From the sequence record PZ452594.1: a stretch of DNA of 64,000 nucleotides. One strand, written 5' to 3'. Below are positions 8,982 to 18,927 of this stretch, in pieces; positions within the stretch are counted from its first letter, which is position 1; each line of letters starts with the position of its first letter. Position numbers and translations under genes: made by a program. The notes under the pieces were generated by a model. The model made no database searches. It saw nothing but the letters and a program-made list of their open reading frames with translations, and was not told the origin of the DNA. Source of the DNA: a phage.

Positions 8982-10795
8982 TGGTGTTTAACCCTATGCA
9001 TGATTTCTTTATTTTTACCGAGATTAAATCCGCGTTCGTTTGGATTTCCCAAATAACCACATGTTCTTCTTATGGTGTTCATCTTTTTAGGATCAGTTTC
9101 TCCACAAATAGAACAAACAAATCCGTTTTCAGTAGGAGTCATTTCATGGGTACTTCCACATGTAAAACATTTATCTACTGGCATATTAACACCAAAATAA
9201 TCTAAATGTTGTGCAGCATAATCCCATACGGCCTCAAGACCTTTTAAGTTATTTTTCATATCAGGAAGTTCAACATAAGAAATGTGACCACCTGTCGCAA
9301 TGAAATGATATGACGCTTCACGAGAAATCTTTTCAAACGGAGTAATATTTTCTTCTACTGAAACATGGAAACTGTTAGTGTACCAGCCTTTATCGGTAAC
9401 ATCTTTTACACTTCCATATTTTTCTGTATCAAGTTTACAGAAGCGATAACAAAGGTTTTCAGCAGGAGTCGAATATAAACTAAAAGCAAATCCAGTTCTT
9501 TCAGTCCACTGTTTAAGATGAGCATTCATTTTAGTTAAAATTTCTCGTCCAATATCACGACCGACAAGAATATTCAATTCGTGAATACCAATGTATCCTA
9601 AAGACACTGAACTTCTACCGTTTTTAAATAACTCAATTATGTCGTCATCAGGTTTAAGACGAACCCCGAATGCACCTTCTTGGTAAAGAATAGGAGCAAC
9701 AGTAGCTTTAACTCCTTTTAAGGAACTAATTCTACACATCAATGCTTCAAAACATAAATCCATTCGTTCATTAAATAGCTCAACAAATTTTTGTTCATTG
9801 AATTGTGTTCCAATATAAGAATCTAACGCGATGCGAGGAAGATTCAGTGTTACAACACCAAGATTATTACGTCCATCAAGAATTTCATTACCAGTCGAAT
9901 CTTTCCATACGCTCAAGAAACTACGGCAACCCATTGGAGAAACAGGAACAGATGAACCAGTGATAGCTTTATTGTTCTTAGCTGAAATAATATCAGGATA
10001 CATCCTTTTGCTTGCACACTCTAGAGCAAGCTGCTTAATATCATAGTTCGGATCGTCTTTGTAAAGATTAACGCCTTCTTCGACGAACATAACAAGCTTA
10101 GGAAAAATAGGAGTTATCCCATCACGACCGAGACCTTTAATACGATTTTTCAGAATTGCTTTCTGAATCATTCGTTCAGTCCAGTCAGTTCCCGTACCAA
10201 ATGTAATTGTTACAAAAGGTGTTTGCCCGTTTGAACTAAAGAGAGTATTTACTTCATATTCATAAGCTTGGAATGCATCGTATACGTCTTTTTCTGTTTT
10301 AGATTGAGCATAATTCAACGCATCAGCGATTTGCCATTTTTCTGCATCCTCAATATGTTTTGCATAGGTGCGTTTAACATAAGGAGAAAGTACTTTATCT
10401 ACATTAGCAAAAGTCGTTCCGCCATATTGATGGGAAGCAACTTGCGCAGTAATTTGTGCCATAATTGCAGTAGCAACGCCAATTGATTTAGGAGTTTCAA
10501 TCTGTGCATTACCAAGCTTAAATCCGTTCTCAAGCATTCCTTTTAAATCTACTAAACAGCAATTAGTAAATGGAAGAGCAGGGGAATAATCAATATCATG
10601 GAAATGGATAATTCCGCTTTCATGCGCTTTCATAATAAAAGACGGGACCATATTTTTGGCAATGTGTTTAGACACAATACCAGCCATAAGGTCCCGTTGA
10701 GTTGGAAAAACACGAGAATCTTTATTAGCATTCTCGTTTAAAAGGTCTTTATTAGTTTTATGAATCAATCCTTCAATTTCTTTTTCAATTGTCAT
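8978..10795 (-). CDS. nrdD: Anaerobic ribonucleoside-triphosphate reductase (class III), uninterrupted
   Basis: 605 aa; C-terminal Zn ribbon CFTCGS...CSICG and glycyl-radical motif RRTCGY; single continuous ORF. Confidence 0.95.
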   Translation of the reverse strand: MTIEKEIEGLIHKTNKDLLNENANKDSRVFPTQRDLMAGIVSKHIAKNMVPSFIMKAHESGIIHFHDIDYSPALPFTNCCLVDLKGMLENGFKLGNAQIETPKSIGVATAIMAQITAQVASHQYGGTTFANVDKVLSPYVKRTYAKHIEDAEKWQIADALNYAQSKTEKDVYDAFQAYEYEVNTLFSSNGQTPFVTITFGTGTDWTERMIQKAILKNRIKGLGRDGITPIFPKLVMFVEEGVNLYKDDPNYDIKQLALECASKRMYPDIISAKNNKAITGSSVPVSPMGCRSFLSVWKDSTGNEILDGRNNLGVVTLNLPRIALDSYIGTQFNEQKFVELFNERMDLCFEALMCRISSLKGVKATVAPILYQEGAFGVRLKPDDDIIELFKNGRSSVSLGYIGIHELNILVGRDIGREILTKMNAHLKQWTERTGFAFSLYSTPAENLCYRFCKLDTEKYGSVKDVTDKGWYTNSFHVSVEENITPFEKISREASYHFIATGGHISYVELPDMKNNLKGLEAVWDYAAQHLDYFGVNMPVDKCFTCGSTHEMTPTENGFVCSICGETDPKKMNTIRRTCGYLGNPNERGFNLGKNKEIMHRVKHQ

Positions 10796-11265
10796 TTTAA
10801 ACTCTTTCTAAGCTGCTTCTTAAATGAAGCTATTAACTGTGTTTTAGTGTCAGATTCATTATATTCAAATCCTCTTTGAAGCATCTCAGCCATCATTTCC
10901 TCTTTTCCTAAACGAGAAAATTCCTTTGATTTATCTCCAACGAAGTTAGGGTGAATATTATTTTGGGTGTAATCGGATTTTAAATAAGTAAGTAAATTTT
11001 CTAACCATTCAAGATAATCAACACCTTGTCCCTTTAAGCCAGAACGATTAAATTTATGCTTCATTTGACCTTCTGCGGCATTGCAGAGATTACAAAGCAA
11101 TCCACGTACCTTTCCTGCTTTTGGTCCATTTAATTCATGGTCATGATCAAGATGATTAGCTTGAACATCAGGATTTAGTTCTCGTTGGCAAATTAAGCAT
11201 TTACCATTTTGTGCATCATAAAATTTCTGTTTTTCTTCTTTATATAATTTGCCAGTCAATAACAT
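10792..11265 (-). CDS. 49: Endonuclease VII (Holliday junction resolvase) gp49
   Basis: 157 aa; CLICQRE...HLDHDHE...LLCNLCN zinc/H-N-H core; matches T4 endo VII as recalled. Confidence 0.85.
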   Translation of the reverse strand: MLLTGKLYKEEKQKFYDAQNGKCLICQRELNPDVQANHLDHDHELNGPKAGKVRGLLCNLCNAAEGQMKHKFNRSGLKGQGVDYLEWLENLLTYLKSDYTQNNIHPNFVGDKSKEFSRLGKEEMMAEMLQRGFEYNESDTKTQLIASFKKQLRKSLK

Positions 11266-11306
11266 AATAAACCCTTACCTTAAATAGATAAGGGTATTTA
11301 TTATTT

Positions 11307-11792
11307 TCAAGTATTGTAAAACATTTGATTCAATCGCTTATATTGCCGAATCTTTTGGTCAGAAAAAGAAATTTGGGTTTCAAGCCATTCAATATATTCT
11401 GCCGCAGCTTGCATCAAATTTCCTTCATAGCCATCGTTATTTTCTTGTGCAGCTAATTTAGCTAATGCGTATGAAATGCGTTCACCTTGAAAAGCGGCTT
11501 TAGGTTTATGAACAACTTGATTAGTTCGCTCTACAACTTCTTCAATTTCGCCATTTTCAATGGATTCAGTATTCCACAAGCACCAATACGTAATTGGCTT
11601 ATCGTAGATGTTAATAATCTTTCCATCAGAAAGTTCAATTTCAATAATTCCAGTGTCAGGCTCTATATCATCTTCACATTCTTTTGCAAGTTCACGAACT
11701 TTAAAGACAGTACCTGCACTAAGTTCCGGCCAGTAATTACACAGCCCTGTATCAGCACGATTAATTCTAAACCACTTATCTACTGTAATCAT
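11307..11792 (-). CDS. pin: Pin-like protein (candidate Lon protease inhibitor); identity by position/length only
   Basis: 161 aa from second ATG (GGAG SD); neighbour of gene 49 as in T4. Confidence 0.4.
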   Translation of the reverse strand: MITVDKWFRINRADTGLCNYWPELSAGTVFKVRELAKECEDDIEPDTGIIEIELSDGKIINIYDKPITYWCLWNTESIENGEIEEVVERTNQVVHKPKAAFQGERISYALAKLAAQENNDGYEGNLMQAAAEYIEWLETQISFSDQKIRQYKRLNQMFYNT

Positions 11793-11915
11793 GTCCCATC
11801 TCCATATCAATTAAGTCATTTATCGTTGGTTCATTATATACTGTTTCTTCATCAGTGTAAACCGGTTCTTCCGGCTCTGGCTCTACAGTTTCCCATCTAG
11901 CCGCCCACCAAGGTT

Positions 11916-12236
11916 TTATAGCGTAATCCATTCTCGTACTATCTGAGTTACTACACGTTCACGGGGCTCGACTAGTTCAACAGTCGGAACTGCATAATAC
12001 CAGTCAGAATGATAAGAACCTGACCGAGATTCATTTACAGCCACATGTACATTATGTTTTGGACTAAAGTAAACACACTGACGATATTGACATTTACCAT
12101 CTTGCACCCAGTCTTCTATTTCGACAGGTTTAAGATAATCGGAAAAATCGAAATCATAGTTTTCCGAAAATGCATCATGGTCTTCAATGATTTCGCTCAG
12201 AACTGCATCAACATCTAATTTATTTTCAATAGTCAT
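11916..12236 (-). CDS. Hypothetical protein (106 aa)
   Basis: ORF. Confidence 0.5.
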   Translation of the reverse strand: MTIENKLDVDAVLSEIIEDHDAFSENYDFDFSDYLKPVEIEDWVQDGKCQYRQCVYFSPKHNVHVAVNESRSGSYHSDWYYAVPTVELVEPRERVVTQIVREWITL

Positions 12237-12246
12237 TTTTCACCAA

Positions 12247-12417
12247 TTAATTTCGCAATTTATTAAGTTCTTCATCATCAATCCAGGATTCTAGTCCTGA
12301 TGGCAAATCAGATTCAATTTCCCAAAGAAGTTCTTCAATTTTATGAAGACGATCTAGTTCTTCAGCAGGAATAGTAACCATTGACGGAGCTCTTGCTACA
12401 TTAATATCGTAAATCAT
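12247..12417 (-). CDS. Hypothetical small acidic protein
   Basis: ORF; internal ATG chosen next to upstream stop. Confidence 0.35.
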   Translation of the reverse strand: MIYDINVARAPSMVTIPAEELDRLHKIEELLWEIESDLPSGLESWIDDEELNKLRN

Positions 12418-12419
12418 AT

Positions 12420-12635
12420 TTACCCCAGTTTGACCATACAATCGCCGTATTTCCACTTAGAAATAGACTTTTCACCATTAGAATAATAAACTTCAAGTTT
12501 AGCACGATTATTTTTAATTTGAATAACCTTGGCTGTCATCAAAGTTCCATACCCATAATAAACTGCAACTTCATCACCTACATATACCGCGCTTCCGCGG
12601 TAATCATGAATATAGTCAGTTCCTTCGAGCATCAT
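12420..12635 (-). CDS. Hypothetical protein (71 aa)
   Basis: ORF overlapping nrdC stop by 4 nt. Confidence 0.45.
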   Translation of the reverse strand: MMLEGTDYIHDYRGSAVYVGDEVAVYYGYGTLMTAKVIQIKNNRAKLEVYYSNGEKSISKWKYGDCMVKLG

Positions 12636-12895
12636 TTAAAATATTCTCGCAGTTGGTCAAATCCACCAATATGACTTCCATCAGGAGCAAATACCTGGGG
12701 CATTGTCAAGCCGATTTGAGTATCACGACCTAGTTTAGTCAGAAGCTCAGCGATTTTCTCATCATCAAAAACACCTTTTTCCGGCATAATGTTGATAAAT
12801 TCAAACGGCTGTTTCTTCACGGTCAAAAGACGTTTTGCATTATCGCAATACACGCATTTATGAATGTTGCTATCATAACCATATACTTTAAACAT
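12632..12895 (-). CDS. nrdC: Thioredoxin (glutaredoxin-like) NrdC
   Basis: 87 aa with CVYC active site. Confidence 0.8.
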   Translation of the reverse strand: MFKVYGYDSNIHKCVYCDNAKRLLTVKKQPFEFINIMPEKGVFDDEKIAELLTKLGRDTQIGLTMPQVFAPDGSHIGGFDQLREYFK

Positions 12896-12896
12896 A

Positions 12897-13139
12897 TTAT
12901 TCCTTAATTCCTAGTACTTGTTTAAAAGTCTCGTCGTAATCAAGACTTTGGCCCGTTTGTTCTTTATGTTTGTATATAATATCACTTACTTCTGATAGCA
13001 TATTTTTATATGAACGAGTTAAAGCAGATTTAAGCACGCTGTATCTATCAGGAAATTTACCATGTTCATTATAATAAGCTATTGCTAATTCACGGACTGC
13101 CTTTTCAGCAGCCTCCATATATTCTTTACGCTTGGTCAT
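12897..13139 (-). CDS. Hypothetical protein (80 aa)
   Basis: ORF. Confidence 0.5.
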   Translation of the reverse strand: MTKRKEYMEAAEKAVRELAIAYYNEHGKFPDRYSVLKSALTRSYKNMLSEVSDIIYKHKEQTGQSLDYDETFKQVLGIKE

Positions 13140-13141
13140 TT

Positions 13142-13531
13142 TTAATCCAAAATATTATTAGGCATTGGTTGAACACTCACAAGTTCTTTAAAGAACTCAG
13201 TAGAGTCAGGCAATTTAACCATTTCCGGAGCATGCTTACTGAATTTATGTTTACATTGACGGCATTTATATTCAAGCTCTGGTTTACGCCAGTTAATCAA
13301 CTGAACTTGTTCAGTACCGCATTCAGGGCAATTAGGAACGTTTTTAGAAGCTCTTTCACGTCGTTCAACCATAGCCATAATAGCATCCCATGCTGGAGGT
13401 TTAAAATCTAAATCGTCGCAGCCGTGAATCTTTCCACGCATTTCCATATCATCTTCCTCACCAGCCATAATAATTTTAATTAAACTGGAATTACTTGAAG
13501 CTGCAATGTCTTCTAATAAACGCTTTTTCAT
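13142..13531 (-). CDS. Hypothetical zinc-ribbon protein (129 aa)
   Basis: CPECG...CRQC four-cysteine motif. Confidence 0.5.
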   Translation of the reverse strand: MKKRLLEDIAASSNSSLIKIIMAGEEDDMEMRGKIHGCDDLDFKPPAWDAIMAMVERRERASKNVPNCPECGTEQVQLINWRKPELEYKCRQCKHKFSKHAPEMVKLPDSTEFFKELVSVQPMPNNILD

Positions 13532-14457
13532 TTCAATACCTCAATAGCATTACGTAAACCATTTGCTTTTGCATTAAGAGCTTTTAACAATTTGGTGTGT
13601 TCTGCAATTTGGGCTTCAACTTCAATCAAACGGGCATTGAGATATTCACGTTCTTCACTCAGATTATCAACCTTTTCTACTTTAGGCTCTTTTACAACTG
13701 TCTTATATGTATTAGGGTTCTTCAGTTTAATTAGAATGCGTGAACTGTATAACATTGAACCATTATCTTCGGTTTCGTCATACATTTCCACTACGTCCAT
13801 AATTTTTAACATCATGCGGAGTTTATAAGACAACGAACGAATAGTTTTGTTGTGCTTATTAATTTCTTTAGCTGTCATGGTGCCAAGATTACGTGAGTAA
13901 TAATAAGGAACCTGGATATTAATTAATACTGATGAACCACCTGGCTTGTGTGTTACTTCATCAGCAATAACCCAGTCCTTAACATGAACTGTATTTGTAC
14001 GGTCATCGCCCGCGGTAAATAGTTTGCGAGCATGCTTAAAAAGCATATTCACTTGGTCATTGAATTGACAAGCAAATTTATCAGCAAATTTAGTTTCAGG
14101 AATGGTAGAAAACCAATCAGCCAAATGAGTCTTTTTAACATCATTAACAATAGTAAATTCAACCAAATCGGTTATAGATGTCTCAGATTTAATGAAGCTC
14201 GGCTTCATAAAGTTTTTAATGTTCTCATGAGCTACAGTAGAAGATAACATACGAGAACGTTTAAACCATTCAAGCAAATTGCCTAACGAATGAGAATAAG
14301 CGTTTTGAGTATCTTTACAGATATGATTTTCCTGACCAACATATTGAAGGAAATCACGAAGAATATTATTGATTACTGCTCTGTGTCCTATCTGATAATT
14401 ACGATGTTTAGTAATAAGACTGTCAAAATAATCAATATAATGTTTACGAGTTTTCAT
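13528..14457 (-). CDS. Hypothetical protein (309 aa) with C-terminal coiled coil; nrdC-downstream cluster
   Basis: ORF; C-terminal heptad-like helix. Confidence 0.55.
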   Translation of the reverse strand: MKTRKHYIDYFDSLITKHRNYQIGHRAVINNILRDFLQYVGQENHICKDTQNAYSHSLGNLLEWFKRSRMLSSTVAHENIKNFMKPSFIKSETSITDLVEFTIVNDVKKTHLADWFSTIPETKFADKFACQFNDQVNMLFKHARKLFTAGDDRTNTVHVKDWVIADEVTHKPGGSSVLINIQVPYYYSRNLGTMTAKEINKHNKTIRSLSYKLRMMLKIMDVVEMYDETEDNGSMLYSSRILIKLKNPNTYKTVVKEPKVEKVDNLSEEREYLNARLIEVEAQIAEHTKLLKALNAKANGLRNAIEVLK

Positions 14458-14509
14458 GTTCTTCTCACTTGGTTAATGGTTTATACTCCGAGCCATCCTT
14501 GGCTTTAAA

Positions 14510-15508
14510 TTACTTAATTAACTGTAAAGCTTGTTCAAGACGATCAAGACGATTAACGGATTCTTCCCAAATCTTTTTAGCCTGCTCATATTCTTTCTGC
14601 GCTTTATTAGAAATTTCTAGAACTTCTTTATAAGCTTTTTCTAATGCAATAACTTCTGGACGAATTTCTACCGGTTCAGGTGAATCATCAAGACATTCCA
14701 TTAGTTCCTCAAGGGTAGTTTCTTCTTTAGGAGTATTCACAATTTCATCACATTTTTGTTGGTAAATTTCTTTACTAGTAGGTGAATAAGTACATTTCAC
14801 TTCACGAAGACTAACTACAATTTTATATCCTTCCCAACCGCATATATTCTTAAAAGGATATGTATGAATATTTTCTACTGTTTCCATACAGCCCAAAACC
14901 GCCTCTAATTGATAAGTTATAGTGCTAGCAATTGAGAAAAATTTATTAATATTCTTTTGGTTAGCGTTTGGTGTAAAAAATCCATAATTCACAAAAATAG
15001 CTACTTTATTTTCATCAAGCTCATATTCTTTTACGATAATCATATCAGAAGCCAAAGGATGAATTTGACGATAATCGCCATAACATAATTTAGAAGCTGA
15101 TTTTAGAATTTGTCCTTTGAAAAGTCTGAAATTACTAATCCAACGACGAGTAAAAATATTCTCAGGGTCTTCTTTATTAAGATGATAAGAATTAACATCA
15201 CCGAACCAATTATATCCTACTACATCTTTAGTTCGTTTAATTTCTTTCCCAAATTTACTAAGAATATCTCTGTTGACTAAGTATGAAAGAAGACGAGACC
15301 CTTTAAAGGTTTTCTTAATGTCATCTTTATCTGTACGACTAGAAATTTCACGAACTTCATGAATAAATTTGCCGGAAGAAACAATACTTGCATCAGTATT
15401 ATTGAGCCATTGATTGATAATAGAAATCACACTATTCTGACTAGACATAGGTTTAACTTTATCATCAATAACGCTGTTGAACGATTTAATATATTCGTTG
15501 CGAGTCAT
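14510..15508 (-). CDS. Hypothetical protein (about 332 aa) with C-terminal coiled coil
   Basis: ORF; start at ATG 15506-15508 preceded by GAGGAG SD. Confidence 0.55.
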   Translation of the reverse strand: MTRNEYIKSFNSVIDDKVKPMSSQNSVISIINQWLNNTDASIVSSGKFIHEVREISSRTDKDDIKKTFKGSRLLSYLVNRDILSKFGKEIKRTKDVVGYNWFGDVNSYHLNKEDPENIFTRRWISNFRLFKGQILKSASKLCYGDYRQIHPLASDMIIVKEYELDENKVAIFVNYGFFTPNANQKNINKFFSIASTITYQLEAVLGCMETVENIHTYPFKNICGWEGYKIVVSLREVKCTYSPTSKEIYQQKCDEIVNTPKEETTLEELMECLDDSPEPVEIRPEVIALEKAYKEVLEISNKAQKEYEQAKKIWEESVNRLDRLEQALQLIK

Positions 15509-15565
15509 ATTAATCTCCTCAGTAGAAAGTAAGAACATTATACCACATCCTTGTGGCGAAGTAAA

Positions 15566-16570
15566 CTAGTTTAGTGCATTTAGTGCGTTGTTCAATTTAG
15601 AACGTTGCTTCGTGAGATTTTTTACTTTTTCTTGGGCTTTTTCTAGCATCTTTTCAGCTTCTAACACTTCATTAGTTGCTTTAACGAGTTCATCATCTAC
15701 TGCCTTGATAGACTTCTCAATCGCATCCGCGTGCCATTTTTCAACAGGTTTAAGACTCGGATTTTCAACAGGAAGAAAATTCACTTTATTGAATTTCCAT
15801 GCATCATTATTACCTGAACTATACATCCAAAATTTAGGATCGTTTGATGAGTAATTAGTTTGGGGTTCAGGTTTTTTCTCTTGTGTAACTTCGTCCTTTC
15901 TCAAAAAATCATATTTAAATGAAACGATCATATCAAGTTCATATGTTGTCGTATCTAATTTAAATCGTTCGAAATGCTGCGAAATCTTAGATTGAACAGC
16001 AGCAACAACATCCATATACTTAAATGCTTCTGTCAGCTGTGATTTAAGACATTCACAAATTGAAAGAGAATTTTTTGTATTAGGTTTAAAGCTAATTCGT
16101 GCAGTTCTATTATTTTCTTTAGATGGTCTTACTTCCATCTGAAGAGTATAACCATCAAATTTCAGATTCTTTAAGTTAATATCAGAACCTTTTAATCGAC
16201 TAGCCGTCGACAAAATTTGCTTTAATTGTTTACGGAATAGAGCAATAAATCTCCATTCAATACGATAATGATTTGGATTGAAAAATCCAGATGATAAATC
16301 GACCTTACTCTGACCAACACCTTGAACAAATAGAGGATTTTTATAATCAATAGTTTTACAGAAATCGGTGAGCTGCTCACGAGCAGTCATTTGTGTAATA
16401 TACCCCGCTTTACTAAAATGACGTAACCATTCACTGCTATTCATATATTTAAAGTGAATATCACGATTAACTTTATCAGGGTCTAAATTATTTTGGCACA
16501 AAAATGTCATAACATCGCGAGTATAGCTGGCATTACGAACCATATCTTCAATTTGAGAACGAGTTTTCAT
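15566..16570 (-). CDS. Hypothetical protein (334 aa) with C-terminal coiled coil
   Basis: ORF. Confidence 0.55.
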   Translation of the reverse strand: MKTRSQIEDMVRNASYTRDVMTFLCQNNLDPDKVNRDIHFKYMNSSEWLRHFSKAGYITQMTAREQLTDFCKTIDYKNPLFVQGVGQSKVDLSSGFFNPNHYRIEWRFIALFRKQLKQILSTASRLKGSDINLKNLKFDGYTLQMEVRPSKENNRTARISFKPNTKNSLSICECLKSQLTEAFKYMDVVAAVQSKISQHFERFKLDTTTYELDMIVSFKYDFLRKDEVTQEKKPEPQTNYSSNDPKFWMYSSGNNDAWKFNKVNFLPVENPSLKPVEKWHADAIEKSIKAVDDELVKATNEVLEAEKMLEKAQEKVKNLTKQRSKLNNALNALN

Positions 16571-16578
16571 GGTGTTCC

Positions 16579-17487
16579 TTAAGATTTAAGTAAATCAACA
16601 ATTTTAATTAATTTTTCACGTTCAGATTTAGCTTTACTACTCAGTCCAGATAGTCTGAAAATTTCATCGTCATATTGTTGAATAGAAATATTCAGCTCTT
16701 CAATTTGCTTATTAAAATAATCAATTTGTTCAGAATGTTTTTCGTTACTACGAACTGGTACAGGTTTTGTAGGAAATTTAGTTAAACTGGATTCATCCGG
16801 GCGATAAATTAAAATGCAATTTGAACCAATCGGGCATTTAGCACCAGATGAATATTCTAACGTTCCAGCTTCTTTTAAAACTTCAAAAGCTAAACAGAGA
16901 TGATGCCCCATATTAACATAATCTGTAGAGCGAGCTCTGATATAATAATCATCGCCGCGAATACTAAATTTAAAGCATTTAAGGTCTTCTGTATTATTGG
17001 TCTTAAAAATCATTTGTTTATCTAGACCTTTAGCTAATCGAGCGCCTAATGCTAATAATCGTCGTTGATTTTCCCACAAATCCGCAATCATTTGATCGAA
17101 TGACAATTTCGGCATTAGTCTACCATAAAGGTCATATCCTTTATTATAATTGCGAAGAATTTCACTCGCGTTAATACGAGACAACGCTCCAATTTTATTA
17201 AGGGCTTTCATGATGCGATTAGATAAACCCATTCCAGACCCGTTTGTTCGCTGTAAATGTTTTTCTAATCCAAATCCAATATCAACTTTAAACTTATCTA
17301 AAATTTCTGCATGAACATCTCTGTCAATAACATTCAAATCCAAAGTTGGGTTAAATCTATGAAAAAATTTATCTGGCTCTCCACGACGAAGTACAGTCCA
17401 TTCATTCAATTTTTTATTAACTAAAGATTTAATTACTGCATTGACATTATTAATTACTACTGACATATTTTCCTCACTCAATTTCAA
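16579..17487 (-). CDS. Hypothetical protein (302 aa) with C-terminal coiled coil
   Basis: ORF. Confidence 0.55.
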   Translation of the reverse strand: MKLSEENMSVVINNVNAVIKSLVNKKLNEWTVLRRGEPDKFFHRFNPTLDLNVIDRDVHAEILDKFKVDIGFGLEKHLQRTNGSGMGLSNRIMKALNKIGALSRINASEILRNYNKGYDLYGRLMPKLSFDQMIADLWENQRRLLALGARLAKGLDKQMIFKTNNTEDLKCFKFSIRGDDYYIRARSTDYVNMGHHLCLAFEVLKEAGTLEYSSGAKCPIGSNCILIYRPDESSLTKFPTKPVPVRSNEKHSEQIDYFNKQIEELNISIQQYDDEIFRLSGLSSKAKSEREKLIKIVDLLKS

Positions 17488-17881
17488 TTTTACTAAATAC
17501 GCAGAATATGATGGAAAAGACTATATAAGCACCGCATACAGATTGAACTAATACCATTCCAAAGAACCAAACAATATTATCAAACAATGTCTGTTTTACG
17601 TCGAAAGGACGTAAACTTACAGTAATATTATCGCCTTTTTCTATTGATGAATACATCTCTGGGGAAATATATTCGCTAAATCTATAACCGTCTTTGAGTT
17701 CATATACGGCAATAAACGATAAACTAGACCCCTTTCCTTGAGTTCCTGTAAGGGTATTAACTACAGTAACATCATAATCTTTATAATGCATATAATCATT
17801 AATTGCGTAATAACCATATGCAATTACTATACATAAACAACATATCAATAAATTCAATCTTTTAATTATCAACTGTTTCAT
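17474..17881 (-). CDS. Membrane protein (135 aa, N- and C-terminal TM segments)
   Basis: Hydrophobic stretches LLICCLCIVIAYGYYAI and FFGMVLVQSVCGAYIVFSIIFCVF. Confidence 0.5.
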   Translation of the reverse strand: MKQLIIKRLNLLICCLCIVIAYGYYAINDYMHYKDYDVTVVNTLTGTQGKGSSLSFIAVYELKDGYRFSEYISPEMYSSIEKGDNITVSLRPFDVKQTLFDNIVWFFGMVLVQSVCGAYIVFSIIFCVFSKIEIE

Positions 17882-17936
17882 AATAATCTCAATTAAAAGG
17901 GCTTAGAACCATTATACCATCCTTGGTATAAAGCGG

Positions 17937-18464
17937 TTATGCGAGTACCGTCTTTAACCGTTCTTCAAACTTCCGAAGAGTATTCTGGCGTTCAGCTCTT
18001 TGCTTTTTGTAAGTTTCAATACGCTCTGAAATGAGAGTGTATCGTTCATTTACTGATTCTTTCATAAAATCAGGAATTTCACGAGAAGCTTTAATCTCGT
18101 CAAATTTATCAATAACAGCTTGCTCTTCAGCAATTAAGTTATCATACATCAAAATATCTTTCTTGATGAACTCAATATCTTCTTGAGTTACACGAGATAA
18201 TTTAGATGCTTTATCCTTTTTGTACTGTTCGTTAGTATCACGAGACCAGTGTAATGTACGATTTTTATTCGTATTCTTATAAATTTCTACAATACCAATC
18301 TCATCAATAATAACGATCCAATTCCAACGGGATTTGTAAATTTGTCCTCCATCAACAGTGATTTCACCTCCGATTGAGATGTCATTAAAGAACTTGCTTT
18401 GTGCTTCAGATTTAAATTTACCATCATTGTAGTTTACCAAGTTGAAAATATCTTTAGCATTCAT
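17937..18464 (-). CDS. Hypothetical protein (about 175 aa)
   Basis: Start at MNAKDIF with GGAGGA SD; early promoter just upstream. Confidence 0.5.
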   Translation of the reverse strand: MNAKDIFNLVNYNDGKFKSEAQSKFFNDISIGGEITVDGGQIYKSRWNWIVIIDEIGIVEIYKNTNKNRTLHWSRDTNEQYKKDKASKLSRVTQEDIEFIKKDILMYDNLIAEEQAVIDKFDEIKASREIPDFMKESVNERYTLISERIETYKKQRAERQNTLRKFEERLKTVLA

Positions 18465-18491
18465 TTTTGTTCCTCCGTAGTTGATAGTTGT

Positions 18492-18521
18492 ATAGTACCA
18501 CAGAGGAACAGTCTTGTAAAC
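18492..18521 (-). promoter_or_regulatory. T4-type early promoter
   Basis: GTTTAC-N18-TACTAT on minus strand. Confidence 0.5.
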
Positions 18522-18523
18522 CA

Positions 18524-18838
18524 CTAAAAGAAACTTCTTTCACAATTTTTTCCACTGAACCAAGCGCTCACTGCTTTCTTAGTCTCAGGAGCAGTGTTAT
18601 CCATAAACCATTCAAAGGCAGCCTTTTTATGATTCTGGAGGGCTTCTCGGGCTTTAATCTGCTCACGGTCTATTAACACTAACATATGAGCCTTTCTTGT
18701 CACCAAGGGCTTCTTATGATTCTTGGAGTATTCCCAGTCATTTGTCCAACGCATTGTCGTTGCGAACTGATGAACCGCGTCTTTAATTTTAGTTTCGTAA
18801 ATTTCACGAGCCTTTGAGTATAACATCACTACCTCCAT
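18524..18838 (-). CDS. Hypothetical protein (104 aa)
   Basis: ORF. Confidence 0.5.
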   Translation of the reverse strand: MEVVMLYSKAREIYETKIKDAVHQFATTMRWTNDWEYSKNHKKPLVTRKAHMLVLIDREQIKAREALQNHKKAAFEWFMDNTAPETKKAVSAWFSGKNCERSFF

Positions 18839-18927
18839 TTACCAGTTTAATTCTAATCATCTTTTTGATGGCAGTCCATATAATCTATTTCTGAACTGCC
18901 TTTTTGTCATAGAAGTCCTCTTATGAA

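Noticed and set aside
11487-11900. Plus-strand 137-aa ORF and many similar plus-strand ORFs across 1-43000 (e.g. 13082-13411, 35973-36320), plus minus-strand ORFs inside late genes (e.g. 57613-58041, 52001-52336)
   Set aside because: Each is antisense to a gene supported by motifs or synteny, and the region is transcribed from the opposite strand; their translations are serine/leucine-rich, typical of antisense frames in AT-rich DNA.
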